A stretch of DNA of 60,601 bases from a virus. Lineage: Duplodnaviria; Caudoviricetes. The stretch is taken from IMG/VR virus record IMGVR_UViG_3300032327_000128, positions 1-60,601 of that record. One strand, given 5' to 3'. Position numbers and translations under genes: made by a program. The notes beneath the pieces were generated by a model, which made no database searches, was not told where the DNA came from, and saw only the letters and a program-made list of their open reading frames with translations. Shown here in pieces: positions 45,799-55,411 of the stretch. Numbering within the stretch: the stretch's first letter is position 1; each line of letters starts with the position of its first letter.

Positions 45799-47708
45799 TA
45801 GCGGGAACCATCCTGACGAGCATCGAGACGCGGCGCACCCAGTTGCCACTGAACCCCAAGGTTTGTTGACCGAATTTTAAATGCCATCTGACGCGCACGG
45901 GCACGCATGAAGACCTGATCGGTATACTGGTTAGCCGTAGTCTGGATCACACGTTGACTATCCGCAGCGTCGGACTGAGACGAACCACCGGGAAAATTCT
46001 TCGGGATTATGGTCAACGTAGCTTCAGGAGATGAGGCAGTAGAAGTATTAAAAGTAACGTCAGGGATAATTCGGCGGATCAGCATGAAGTTATCACCATC
46101 ACCAAGGTCAAAGGGCGACGACTGGATGTAGCTATCCATTGCAATAGCGTCGTCGTTCACCCCATCTTCATGGGAATATACATAGCCCGAACCGGCAACG
46201 CCATTAACAACCGGAGTATTTGCAGCCTGCGGGAAATGGCGCAACGGAGTGTCAAGCCATGCCGTACGGTCAATGCTGCCATAGTACCAGATTTGCTCTA
46301 GGTGGTTGTAAATGACGTAGGCGTTGTTGTAGTCGCTGTCAGCCGTAGGGTAAAACCACCAGACTTCGTTCCATTGCTCATTGGTTCCGCAGACAATCTG
46401 GTCGGATTGATCGAAGTTAATGTTTGCAAATACATGGTTACGCAGTGTGCAAGGTAGCGTCTCAACGCGGCCAGTATAGGCATAGAACTTGTCCTGCCCC
46501 ATCCAGTAAACGACGTTGGAAGCAGATACCATGCAGCGCGGTGAAGCGACGGAGATATTGTCTGCGTATTCCTGAAGCCCGAATACATCCGCAGTGCCGA
46601 GATACTGAAGTGTGTATAGATGTGTATCAGTCCAGATTAGGATTTCTTGGCGTGTTGGTAAGCCACGGATGATGCGCGACCCACGGGAAACGCGAAGGTC
46701 ACCTGCTGAAGAAGTAGATGATGGGGTCCAGTCACCGGGGCTATCCTGAGACGCCCAACGGATAAGCAGTGGGTCAAAGTCCGTAGTGCTTGTAGACCCA
46801 TAAGGTACAGCCCCCAGAGCGATTAGGTGTTTGTCCTGTTGTGATACCAGCAACTGCATAATCTTCGACGGTACAGCGTTGGGGTCCTTGCTTTCGGCTG
46901 TCGCATAAGCTTGTAGGGTTATAGCATGTGCAGCCAAGGATGGTGCAGGATCAGTAGAAGCTTGGCGATACCACCAGTAGCCCGGACCGTTGCGGATATT
47001 CATCACAAGGTCGTTGTCGAAGTTGTCGAACCACCAGTCGCGCTGCGGTAGGTTAATAGGCGCACCAGTAGTACCAGTACCCCAAGCATCACGCCCCCAT
47101 GTGCCGACACCCCAACCGTAGCCAGCGGTTGCAATAGCGTAACCGGGTTCAATTTCAGCCTGCACAGTATAGCCTGCGCCACTTACGGAGGCATTAGATG
47201 TTGCTGCCGTAGTTGTAGCGAACGTAAAGCTGTTGGCTCCCGTCTTGGTTATCGTGCGGTCACCATTAAGTTCACTGATGGGTATACCGCCAAGTGCTGA
47301 GGCAAAACCAGCAATAAGAACAGTTTCACCGGTATCGAGCCATGAAGGCAGGGTAGTCGTTGTGGTTACCGTGACGAGCTTCTGGGTATTAATTACCGCA
47401 AATGTGTTCGATCCAGCCAGCGCCGCGTCAAAAGGGGTGATGTCGTAGTACACGCCACCTGCTTCTATATAGACGCGCTCGTTCGTACCGAGGGCAAGGA
47501 AGTCATCTGAGTAGGATGTAATCCAGTTCCACATTTGGCGACACACACCGACAAACGCAGTGGGGGAGGACTTTACCCAGCCGCCAATCTTCTCCGGATA
47601 ACCTGAGCGAAACCTGATTTTGTCGCACTCATACCAGCCGCCCTCGTTGGAGTAATCGGTCTGGTCGCGGTTCACACCGGGTTTAAACTGGAGCTTGATG
47701 AATGGCAT
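45798..47708 (-). CDS. Tail nozzle/stabilization protein (beta-propeller)
   Basis: KPGVNR, IRFRSGYPEKIGGW, IRWASQ, EVWWFYP, RTAW motifs. Confidence 0.75.
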   Translation of the reverse strand: MPFIKLQFKPGVNRDQTDYSNEGGWYECDKIRFRSGYPEKIGGWVKSSPTAFVGVCRQMWNWITSYSDDFLALGTNERVYIEAGGVYYDITPFDAALAGSNTFAVINTQKLVTVTTTTTLPSWLDTGETVLIAGFASALGGIPISELNGDRTITKTGANSFTFATTTAATSNASVSGAGYTVQAEIEPGYAIATAGYGWGVGTWGRDAWGTGTTGAPINLPQRDWWFDNFDNDLVMNIRNGPGYWWYRQASTDPAPSLAAHAITLQAYATAESKDPNAVPSKIMQLLVSQQDKHLIALGAVPYGSTSTTDFDPLLIRWASQDSPGDWTPSSTSSAGDLRVSRGSRIIRGLPTRQEILIWTDTHLYTLQYLGTADVFGLQEYADNISVASPRCMVSASNVVYWMGQDKFYAYTGRVETLPCTLRNHVFANINFDQSDQIVCGTNEQWNEVWWFYPTADSDYNNAYVIYNHLEQIWYYGSIDRTAWLDTPLRHFPQAANTPVVNGVAGSGYVYSHEDGVNDDAIAMDSYIQSSPFDLGDGDNFMLIRRIIPDVTFNTSTASSPEATLTIIPKNFPGGSSQSDAADSQRVIQTTANQYTDQVFMRARARQMAFKIRSTNLGVQWQLGAPRLDARQDGSR

Positions 47709-47718
47709 CTATTACTCC

Positions 47719-48345
47719 TTAGAATGTCGGGTCTGCATAAACTGCAAAGGGTCTGCTAATTTCGACCAAGGTCGATGTATTCCGGATGTATAACGTGCCT
47801 TCGATATAAGACAGGTCCGATGTGCTGCTAACTACATCAATCGCACGGTTGGATGACAGAGCATACCAACTAGTAAACCCAGTAGCTGATACGTTTACAC
47901 CGGCAAATTTTACATAGCCACCACTAGCTGCCCCTACTAGAGTAACATTGAGTCGTGTTTCATATCCATTACCCGGTGTTCCGCCAGTCGGGGTACCCCA
48001 AGCCGTAGGGCCAAGGGAGGTATCGAGACCAAATTGCGCACCAAACTTTGTACAAGTAGCTGCTGTGTTAACAGTGTAAGTTGCTTGATAAACAACCCCA
48101 CTTCCACCTCGGTCGCTTAGGTCGATATTCTGTGCGTTATTAAAGACCGCTGTGAACGCCGTTGTACCGTAGAAGTTCCGGATGCTTATCTCACCAGACG
48201 ATGGCACAGCACCATAAGTGCCCGTCGTCCCTGCGGGAACGTAGGCTCCGCCAGCGTAATACTCGCTCAAAGATATAGGGTTGCTGCCACCAAACTCAGT
48301 CTGGATGGTTGACAGACTTATAGCCCCACTTGACGGTATAGCCAT
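47719..48345 (-). CDS. Putative tail fiber/tip protein
   Basis: SGAISL..IQTEFGG.NPISLSEYY N-terminal module; variable C-terminus. Confidence 0.6.
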   Translation of the reverse strand: MAIPSSGAISLSTIQTEFGGSNPISLSEYYAGGAYVPAGTTGTYGAVPSSGEISIRNFYGTTAFTAVFNNAQNIDLSDRGGSGVVYQATYTVNTAATCTKFGAQFGLDTSLGPTAWGTPTGGTPGNGYETRLNVTLVGAASGGYVKFAGVNVSATGFTSWYALSSNRAIDVVSSTSDLSYIEGTLYIRNTSTLVEISRPFAVYADPTF

Positions 48346-49085
48346 TAGACGCTCCCGTAGCCTGTGACGTTGTTAATCGCTGTAAATGCACCTGCACTGC
48401 TTAGCTTGGCAATGTTGGTACCGTTATATTTGAAAAGCAAGTCCGTGCCGCTCTGCGTCATCGTGAAGTTTGCAGACACAAAGTTAGTAGCGTTTGTAGC
48501 CGTAGTCGCGTTCGTAGCGTTAGTTGCGTTTGCGGCTGTGCCGCTGATACCAATAGCCCAAGTTCCTGTTGCACCCGTACCATCGTTAGCTGGGACACCA
48601 AGAGCAGTACGCGCAGCGGCGGCGGTATTACCGCCAGTACCGCCAGAAGTAATCGGGAGAAACGTGCCGAGTGTCAGCGATGTAAGGTGAGTAGTCGCAT
48701 CAACGACGTTAACGCCAGTGTTGTAAACCCATACGGTCTTACCTGTAGGGACGGCGATACCTGTACCCGTGGCATTCTTTACCGTGATCGTGCCGTCAGT
48801 GGCGTTGTTGATGATATATGCTTTTTCGATAGCAGGGACGACAAGGTTAAAGCCCGCAGTAGCAGTGCCAGTGAGGTTCAAGCGCATGTTACGCGCAGTC
48901 TGCGTAGCGTTGGTATCCGTCAGTGTGAGCGTGACGTTGGCGCTAGAAAAGGCAACATCAGCCGATCCAGCAATAGCTTCTTCAAGAGCAGTGCCGAGGT
49001 TGACGTTCGTGACGTTACCCCATGTGGTGGCGTTCTCGCCAGTGGTCATCAACTGGATTTTAAGGTTGCTGTACGTACTTGCCAT
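48345..49085 (-). CDS. Tail fiber-like protein
   Basis: MASTYS...GENATTWG; GGTG..TAAAARTALG; ATN repeats. Confidence 0.65.
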   Translation of the reverse strand: MASTYSNLKIQLMTTGENATTWGNVTNVNLGTALEEAIAGSADVAFSSANVTLTLTDTNATQTARNMRLNLTGTATAGFNLVVPAIEKAYIINNATDGTITVKNATGTGIAVPTGKTVWVYNTGVNVVDATTHLTSLTLGTFLPITSGGTGGNTAAAARTALGVPANDGTGATGTWAIGISGTAANATNATNATTATNATNFVSANFTMTQSGTDLLFKYNGTNIAKLSSAGAFTAINNVTGYGSV

Positions 49086-49094
49086 CTTCGTTCC

Positions 49095-49793
49095 TTATAT
49101 TGGGATTTGCACCCAAGTCACTGTGTTCCCATCGTTAACTTGTACCCATGTTCCCGTCTGGCTATCATTGACAGGTACCCAGTTAGGTGTTTGGTTATCA
49201 TTAATTTGACCCCAAATAAGCACGGACCCAATACTACCAACAGCCGAAACCCCAATGGGGAATACCTTTGCTCCACCCCTTACGCTAGTAGTGCCAATAA
49301 ATCCAGAGGCAGATACACCAGTAACGTAGTAGCCAGATTGAGTTTGTACGGTACCGAGAGAGCCAGTGGCAGAAACACCCGTGAGAGTAGTATTTGCTTT
49401 ACCTGCTACATTAACTGTACCAACAGACCCAGAAGCTGAGACGCCAGTAAGGGCAAAACTTGTGCTAAGGGCAACTGTTACTGTACCAAGAGAGCCAGTA
49501 GCGGAAACACCTGTGAGGGCTACATTAGCAAGACCAGCTACAATAACTGTACCAAGGGAGCCGGTAGCTGAAACACCCGTTAGGGTTACATTAATAGGCG
49601 CAGTTACATTTGCTGTGCCGATAGAGCCAGTAGCGGAAACACCTGTGAGGGCTACATTAGCAAGACCAGCTACATTTGCTGTACCAAGGGACCCAGTGGC
49701 TGAAACGCTAGTTACACTTACGCTGACGTTAGGGCTAGCGCTAACCCCAGTAGCAGCAAATGGTGCAGCCGCGAAGGAGGTAAAACCAAACAT
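49095..49793 (-). CDS. Repeat-rich virion protein
   Basis: About seven V.LTGVSATGS.GT repeats; exact ~52-bp duplication at 49491-49542 and 49623-49674. Confidence 0.65.
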   Translation of the reverse strand: MFGFTSFAAAPFAATGVSASPNVSVSVTSVSATGSLGTANVAGLANVALTGVSATGSIGTANVTAPINVTLTGVSATGSLGTVIVAGLANVALTGVSATGSLGTVTVALSTSFALTGVSASGSVGTVNVAGKANTTLTGVSATGSLGTVQTQSGYYVTGVSASGFIGTTSVRGGAKVFPIGVSAVGSIGSVLIWGQINDNQTPNWVPVNDSQTGTWVQVNDGNTVTWVQIPI

Positions 49794-49816
49794 GTATAGC
49801 CCTCCTTCTACTTAAG

Positions 49817-50161
49817 TTATTTTACAGCTACTGCATCTACCCATGCTTGGACTGTCAAGCGATGTTTTACACTGCAGTCTGTATACTTTGCAATGATATC
49901 AGCTTCCCAAAGCGCCCGCTCAGGGTCGATTAAATATGTTGGTGGGTCTGGAACTATCGGGCACTTCGACGCTAGGTTTGCCGGTGGCAGCGGCATTGGC
50001 GTCACGGACACTGCTTTCGAGCAGCCTGCGCACAGCATCAGGAGCAGTACAATCAGGAGAAACGGCAGGAGTCGTTTTATATATCTCGCGTATGGTATAG
50101 GTTCTTTCGGTTGCCACCCCATCGGCTTTATCTCGTTCGACTTCATAGGTTTGCGAAACAT
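49817..50161 (-). CDS. o-spanin (Rz1-like lipoprotein); true start probably downstream of 50161
   Basis: Lipobox LLLMLCAGC, Pro-rich, overlaps the i-spanin in another frame. Confidence 0.7.
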   Translation of the reverse strand: MFRKPMKSNEIKPMGWQPKEPIPYARYIKRLLPFLLIVLLLMLCAGCSKAVSVTPMPLPPANLASKCPIVPDPPTYLIDPERALWEADIIAKYTDCSVKHRLTVQAWVDAVAVK

Positions 50162-50327
50162 TATCTACTACCTCTTGTTTTTTGACACGTAGCTTCTCAG
50201 CCTTCTCCAGCGCCTTTGCATATGCTGCATCACACTGCCAATCGCGGACTTTGTACCCAGAGGCTGCACCAATAATAAGCGCACCGCCCAATGCGTAGAG
50301 CATTACTGGGTTAGGAATTAAAGCCAT
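49920..50327 (-). CDS. i-spanin (Rz-like)
   Basis: N-terminal TM helix plus coiled coil, directly after the endolysin. Confidence 0.7.
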   Translation of the reverse strand: MALIPNPVMLYALGGALIIGAASGYKVRDWQCDAAYAKALEKAEKLRVKKQEVVDNVSQTYEVERDKADGVATERTYTIREIYKTTPAVSPDCTAPDAVRRLLESSVRDANAAATGKPSVEVPDSSRPTNIFNRP

Positions 50328-50929
50328 GTTGCATACTTCTTCGTCTTTACCTTGCGGTCTTCGAGGCCATGTGTACCACCATTGATCCGCTTTGTCAGTG
50401 CGAGGATTGCAGCATCGCCAACTCCTTGGTCACAGATCGACCATAGCTTGTTCCGGTCAAAGAACCACAAGGCGCTCTCAAAGCAGAGTTCACCAGCCAC
50501 AAGGTCTGGGTTATCCATCACATCTGGGCGGTTGATGTAGTTAGCGAAGGCTCGGTAATTGTCCTTGCCAGTTAACTGGAGTGCGCCGCGTCCTCGGTAT
50601 TTCCATCCGTCGCCTGAGCTTTCAGGTCCGTTGCCCATGCGATTTGCATAGACACGATTGGCAATCTTCTCTGGCTTACGCTCGTAGGTACGAGCCAGCG
50701 CATCAGTCGGGAAGTACTTGCCGAAAATACCGCGTAGACCCTTTGCACCATAGTTCAGGTTCTCGCTGAACGCTTTGAAGCCGCCGCTTTCATGCGCCGT
50801 TTGAGCAAAGAAATGCGCAGCGCGAGCAGATGATAATTTATAAAAAGCCGCAGCTTTCTTATACGTACCCGGACCAAATGCACCATCTGCGGTCACCCCA
50901 ATCTTCTTCTGAAGGTTAACTAAGCTCAC
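50318..50929 (-). CDS. Endolysin, glycoside hydrolase family 19
   Basis: FFAQTAHESGGF, ENLNY, YRGRGALQLTGKDNY, INGG. Confidence 0.92.
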   Translation of the reverse strand: MSLVNLQKKIGVTADGAFGPGTYKKAAAFYKLSSARAAHFFAQTAHESGGFKAFSENLNYGAKGLRGIFGKYFPTDALARTYERKPEKIANRVYANRMGNGPESSGDGWKYRGRGALQLTGKDNYRAFANYINRPDVMDNPDLVAGELCFESALWFFDRNKLWSICDQGVGDAAILALTKRINGGTHGLEDRKVKTKKYATWL

Positions 50930-51093
50930 TTGTCTTTATCCTTGTTCCAAAGTTCAAACAGCGTTTTGATCTTCTCTTCCGCTACGCCAAGGCGCACATC
51001 CATTTTGGCAAGGATGATGGTCAGCGAAATAAACGCCAATACGATGGGCCAAAGCTGGCCGATCAGTTCAACGGTAGAGAGGTCGCCTGCCAT
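50926..51093 (-). CDS. Putative holin/antiholin (55 aa, one TM)
   Basis: MAGDLSTVELIGQLWPIVLAFISLTIILAK...; stop overlaps the endolysin GTG; not in the ORF track. Confidence 0.6.
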   Translation of the reverse strand: MAGDLSTVELIGQLWPIVLAFISLTIILAKMDVRLGVAEEKIKTLFELWNKDKDK

Positions 51094-51609
51094 TTACGCC
51101 GCCGGATTGCGCCAGTCGGGGAAATCATCTTCATTGACCACGCCGTCGCCGTTAGCATCGTAGCGCAGGTCATTGCGGTACTTTTCCCAAGGAGCGAGAT
51201 CATCGTCATCTTCATCCTCTTCAGGCTCGTCAATAAAGACTGTGCCGTTCGGGTCGTTGTATGCCTTTGGCGCTTCCACTTCCATCGCAGGCGTAAGATC
51301 AAGTGGAGGTTCGTGCGCTGGTGGCAGTGGTGATGGCTCTTCGGCTTCCTTATCACGGGCATTAGCGTTGATGCTAAGGCCACCTAGTAGGCCAACGAAT
51401 GCACCGATTACCATGTTAAAGGCAGGGCCGACAATCTCGAACACCTTATCGCTGTCTACGACGTTATCGGGCACAAATAGGCCAATAACCAGAGCAGCTA
51501 CAACAACAAGCACGACGCAAGCTAGCGTCACAACAGCAGTGCGAATTGTAAACTCAACGGTGTCTTCGATGCCGTCCCGGCTGCTTTCAAACCTATCCCA
51601 AAAGCTCAT
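51094..51609 (-). CDS. Two-TM membrane protein with acidic tail and DxNxDG loop
   Basis: Start MSFWDR; DANGDGVVNEDDF EF-hand-like motif. Confidence 0.6.
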   Translation of the reverse strand: MSFWDRFESSRDGIEDTVEFTIRTAVVTLACVVLVVVAALVIGLFVPDNVVDSDKVFEIVGPAFNMVIGAFVGLLGGLSINANARDKEAEEPSPLPPAHEPPLDLTPAMEVEAPKAYNDPNGTVFIDEPEEDEDDDDLAPWEKYRNDLRYDANGDGVVNEDDFPDWRNPAA

Positions 51610-51874
51610 CGTCTTCGTCCTTTTTCTTTTCCTGTATAGGGCCACTGCCCTGTCCTGCCATAAGTCCTGCTAACGCACCCACGATAAATGTCGCAATAGG
51701 GTTAATTAGCTTAAAAAACTCTGCGTCATTTGGGGCCTGTCCATCCATCGGCTGCGATACAAACACCAACGAATATAGCACAGTTGCCACAATAAACGTA
51801 AGCGTCACCGATAGCACAATACCGACGATGAAGCGAAGAAGTTCTTCTGGTGACCATTCCCTAGTCGGCTTCAT
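51593..51874 (-). CDS. Two-TM membrane protein
   Basis: Two hydrophobic helices; APNDAEFF..INPIATF. Confidence 0.65.
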   Translation of the reverse strand: MKPTREWSPEELLRFIVGIVLSVTLTFIVATVLYSLVFVSQPMDGQAPNDAEFFKLINPIATFIVGALAGLMAGQGSGPIQEKKKDEDDELLG

Positions 51875-52046
51875 GCTTATCCTCGCCTGTTGTCACAAGG
51901 TACTCGGTGCAGTACCCAGATGCTATGCACTTGGGTTTCTTGCACTCTTCGACCTCCCAGTTGTCAGGGTCTTGGCAATCGTAACGGAACCGGTCTTGGC
52001 ACCCAGCTAAAAGCAGCAGTGCCGCTAGCAAGAGAATGCGGCTCAT
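51861..52046 (-). CDS. Small Cys-rich lipoprotein
   Basis: LLLAGC lipobox; RYDCQDP..W...C..P.C...G.C. Confidence 0.7.
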   Translation of the reverse strand: MSRILLLAALLLLAGCQDRFRYDCQDPDNWEVEECKKPKCIASGYCTEYLVTTGEDKHEAD

Positions 52047-52047
52047 A

Positions 52048-52380
52048 TCAGACACCCCAAGGAAGTGGTGGTGTCACCACAGGCGGTACAATTTGGTTGT
52101 TAATCTGCTGCGACACGTTTTCCTCGTAGGCAGTGACCTGCTCTGTGCCCATAGTATCTTGCACCCAGCCAATAACTTGCGCTTCAGTTAGACCAGCATA
52201 CGGCGTAAATACTGTATCTTCTGAAAACGATACCCCAGTTACACTATCTACACTGGCTGTGTAGTCACCATTTACACCAGTCAATGTCCAGTGAATGGCA
52301 AAGATCACATTTGGCTGACCTTCATATTCTACAAAGGTATCCATCTGCCGCACAGTCCATGTGTTTATAATCGCCATCAT
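52048..52380 (-). CDS. Conserved tail-associated protein
   Basis: FTPYAGLTEAQVIGWV...PLPW. Confidence 0.65.
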   Translation of the reverse strand: MMAIINTWTVRQMDTFVEYEGQPNVIFAIHWTLTGVNGDYTASVDSVTGVSFSEDTVFTPYAGLTEAQVIGWVQDTMGTEQVTAYEENVSQQINNQIVPPVVTPPLPWGV

Positions 52381-52387
52381 CTTTCCT

Positions 52388-53263
52388 TTAGATCAACGTT
52401 ACCATTTTCCACGCGCCGTTATAGATGTAGAACCTATTGTTCGTGGTGTCATAGTACATTGGTACGGTTCCACTTAAAGCCGTGGGTACGCCGCTAGGTG
52501 CGCCAGCGGCAGCGGGGATATAAAAGAAGCCACTTGTCATGGCCGTTGTACCTGCTGGCGTTCTGGTATTACCCTGCATCGTCGTGGTGCTTGTGCCAGC
52601 AGTGCTGCCAATTGTAATGTTTGTCGTGCTACCAGCCCCGCCATTTACGCCAATCTGGAATGCAGCCGTAAGACCAGTTTCGGTGACACCACTACCAATA
52701 ACTACAGTCTGGGCTTTAGTTGAACGGCCAACACTAACTTGGCCTGTTGCCGCAGTGCCACCAATACCGATGGTTCCTGCGCCAGTGGTAGTTAACGTGA
52801 AACTGTTAGAGTTAACTGTAAGAACACAGCCAGTGCCACCTGTTAGGGTTGAGGTTCCTGTAAAACTGTTGTTGCCACTAGAAGTAGTAATAGCAGTAGC
52901 TGTTATAGCCCCAATCGATAAAGTTCCGGGTATTGTGCAGCTATTGCCAAATTCATTTAGATATACTGCTCGTTCTGCTGGGTAATCTAGAAATACTGTC
53001 GACGTACCTACAAGCGTGATTGCAGCGCCTGCTGCACTTGAAGAAAAAATTACTGTACGTGCTAACGTATTGCCAGCGGTTGCGTAGGTGCCGTAACCCA
53101 CTTCCCAGTCGGTACCGCTGGTTATCGTGTAGTAAACAAAGTCACCATTACTGGCGACCGCCGAAAACGGCTGAAAGCCACTGACAGCACCGGCAAGTGT
53201 AATTGTGCCGGTTCCGGTAGTGGCGGTCGTTTCCTGTACGCGGTTAGCAACTTTAAGTGCCAT
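52388..53263 (-). CDS. Tail fiber/spike-like protein
   Basis: RVQETTATTGTG, WEVGYG N-terminal module; Thr/Gly-rich. Confidence 0.65.
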   Translation of the reverse strand: MALKVANRVQETTATTGTGTITLAGAVSGFQPFSAVASNGDFVYYTITSGTDWEVGYGTYATAGNTLARTVIFSSSAAGAAITLVGTSTVFLDYPAERAVYLNEFGNSCTIPGTLSIGAITATAITTSSGNNSFTGTSTLTGGTGCVLTVNSNSFTLTTTGAGTIGIGGTAATGQVSVGRSTKAQTVVIGSGVTETGLTAAFQIGVNGGAGSTTNITIGSTAGTSTTTMQGNTRTPAGTTAMTSGFFYIPAAAGAPSGVPTALSGTVPMYYDTTNNRFYIYNGAWKMVTLI

Positions 53264-53625
53264 TACATAAGGTTCCGTAGCTTGTAGATTGTGCTTAGAT
53301 ACGTATCAGTGACACCATCAACCAGATTACCAACAGCCCGATTACCCCGACAAATCTTCTCGTGGTTCTTTTCAATCCAGTCTGCGTCTTCGACGAGAAC
53401 TAAAAGAATATCTGAAGCTTTTGTCGGTGTCTTAGGTATCGTGCCAATCAGTTCAAATGCACCTTGGTACGCTTCAACCAGCTTATCTATGCTGTCGATG
53501 ACGTTGTCATAGAACTCGTTCAGCGCGATATGACGCGCATAAGCACCGACGCCATTAGCCGTCCAATGCTCAAAATGCGCTAGGTTACGGGCGTAGAACA
53601 CCCGGCTGACGAGGTCTTCAATCAT
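53263..53625 (-). CDS. Ferritin/Dps-like protein (DUF5856-like)
   Basis: H..HW...YARHIAL.EFY...D..VE.YQG...YKL. Confidence 0.65.
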   Translation of the reverse strand: MIEDLVSRVFYARNLAHFEHWTANGVGAYARHIALNEFYDNVIDSIDKLVEAYQGAFELIGTIPKTPTKASDILLVLVEDADWIEKNHEKICRGNRAVGNLVDGVTDTYLSTIYKLRNLM

Positions 53626-54098
53626 TATGCAATCCTGATGATAGCCGAGGTATTGTTATTCGTTGGGAAGATGATGGTGAAGTCACCTGCCGTCGAAGTC
53701 TTGTCCGAGCCAAAATCAAGCACAGCTACAGCAGCGTTGGTCAGCGTGGTGTTCGCCGTGCCGTTAGCCGAAGGGGTTGTGTTATAGATCAGCGCGCCGC
53801 GAGCCGTGATTGTTGCGTTACTAAACGTCAGGTTGCTAAAGGTTGTAAAGCCTGTACCGGACGAAGCATTTGAGTTTGTAGCAGTCACACCACCATTAAC
53901 TAGCGTACCACCGCCAGCCGTGTAGTTTGTACCAGTTACTTCGTTGGTAGCCGTATAAGCAGTCGTGTTGGCATCAATCGAAGCCGCTGAAGTATACAAC
54001 GCCAACTTGAAGGTGTCGCCACCAGTGTTACGGAAATCGTGGACAGCCAGCAGAATTTCGGCTTTGAAGCTGGTTGTCATAGCTTGAGTAATGGGCAT
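53625..54098 (-). CDS. Conserved virion structural protein
   Basis: TSFK.E...FKLALYT...ARGALIYN...VLDFGSDK. Confidence 0.7.
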   Translation of the reverse strand: MPITQAMTTSFKAEILLAVHDFRNTGGDTFKLALYTSAASIDANTTAYTATNEVTGTNYTAGGGTLVNGGVTATNSNASSGTGFTTFSNLTFSNATITARGALIYNTTPSANGTANTTLTNAAVAVLDFGSDKTSTAGDFTIIFPTNNNTSAIIRIA

Positions 54099-54108
54099 TA
54101 GTATTCTC

Positions 54109-54393
54109 CTAGGAGTCGATTAGTTTAACAAGCTCAGGGAACCCAGCTTCAGTAAACTTAGCTGCCAGAGTTACGTTACGTGAGCGCATGGCTTCACGCA
54201 TAAAGTAGATGAGCACCTCACGCAGGTTCTCTTGGAAGGCGCGAGCCTGACCCGCGATCACCGGGGGTGCGTTATCACCTACATTAATAATCTGATTGAG
54301 TGCACGCTCGGCAAGCTCTTCAGCAGAAAAACCACGGTTGTTCGTGGTCATAACCTGCACGGTGCCAAGGGCGGAAGAAAGTTCGTTAAGCAT
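54109..54393 (-). CDS. Conserved hypothetical protein
   Basis: TTNNRGFSAEELAE...QARAF. Confidence 0.65.
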   Translation of the reverse strand: MLNELSSALGTVQVMTTNNRGFSAEELAERALNQIINVGDNAPPVIAGQARAFQENLREVLIYFMREAMRSRNVTLAAKFTEAGFPELVKLIDS

Positions 54394-54397
54394 TATA

Positions 54398-55078
54398 TTA
54401 CCTTACCGGTTGGCGGATTTGAGGTGTGCGGTACATATCCTGACGGTTCTTACCTTCACCAAGTTGTTTCAGCATGGCAAGTGCTTCGCCATATCGCTGT
54501 TGGTAGTTAGAGATAATCTCTGCCTCACCCTTCATAAATGTGTAGGCTTCCAGCAGAGAACCATAAAGCAGCACGCTGTCAAAATTGTCACCAAGCCATG
54601 ATGTACCAGCCGTCACGATGGATGGTGGGTAGTAGAAGTAGTGCAATTCGACTGTGTAGTTCGCGTCTGGTGTAGGGCCGAGGATATACGAGTTCTCGTC
54701 AAAGAATGCATAATGAGTCGGAAGGCCCGTGTCGGCTGGGTTAGGGAATGATTCACGGATAAAGTTCACATCCTTGTCCAGCAGATAGCTAAAATTGCCG
54801 CTTGCGTCGATCACAGCCAAAGAGAAGTTTGCAAGCCAGTCAGATGGCACAGATAAGTATTTATTTCCTGATGTTACATTACCAGTCACGTTCTTACGTA
54901 AGTCCAGAAGCTGGACCATGTTGTATACGCGCTGTTCGGCCTGTTGAATGAACGTGTTAATCTGTTCGGTAGACGTAAGCGTCACGGTCCCCGAGCCAGC
55001 GGAGTCCGTCCATGATGTATTGGGGAAGTCGTTTTCGACGTACCCCTTAATGGTTTCGAACAGAGTAGCGTAGTTCAT
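54398..55078 (-). CDS. Putative head-tail adaptor
   Basis: FIQQAEQR, GPTPD..Y, LLYGSLLEAY.FMK. Confidence 0.65.
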   Translation of the reverse strand: MNYATLFETIKGYVENDFPNTSWTDSAGSGTVTLTSTEQINTFIQQAEQRVYNMVQLLDLRKNVTGNVTSGNKYLSVPSDWLANFSLAVIDASGNFSYLLDKDVNFIRESFPNPADTGLPTHYAFFDENSYILGPTPDANYTVELHYFYYPPSIVTAGTSWLGDNFDSVLLYGSLLEAYTFMKGEAEIISNYQQRYGEALAMLKQLGEGKNRQDMYRTPQIRQPVR

Positions 55079-55281
55079 TAGCCCATCTTCGTGCTGCTGC
55101 TGTTACCACGGGTAGTGTTTTTAGTACCCCGAGTACGCAGCGTTTGGGTGTTAGCGATCTTGTTCGGATAGCCGTTGTTGCCTAAGTCGATGGCAGTGCC
55201 ACCAGACATGTTATGTGGTTGAGCGTAGACGCTAGCGGGGCCAACTTCGTTACCGCCCTTTTTCATACTGAACTTAGCCAT
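55078..55281 (-). CDS. Small basic protein
   Basis: 67 aa; MKKGG; RTRGTKNTTRG. Confidence 0.6.
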   Translation of the reverse strand: MAKFSMKKGGNEVGPASVYAQPHNMSGGTAIDLGNNGYPNKIANTQTLRTRGTKNTTRGNSSSTKMG

Positions 55282-55402
55282 TCTTCACCACCTTAACTTC
55301 GTTGCTCGAAACAGAGCGCACGGATTTCTTCTGGTTGGCAATCTTAGCGAGATTACGTCCCAGCTTTAGCATTTGTGCGTTGGTTTTACCACCCTTAGCC
55401 AT
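55274..55402 (-). CDS. Small basic protein (42 aa)
   Basis: MAKGGKTNAQMLKLGRNLAK..., AGGAG RBS; not in the ORF track. Confidence 0.6.
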   Translation of the reverse strand: MAKGGKTNAQMLKLGRNLAKIANQKKSVRSVSSNEVKVVKNG

Positions 55403-55411
55403 AACTTACTC

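Noticed and set aside
49491-49674. 52-bp duplication as a DGR template/variable repeat pair
   Set aside because: The copies are identical and within one repeat protein; no adenine-specific mismatches and no reverse transcriptase
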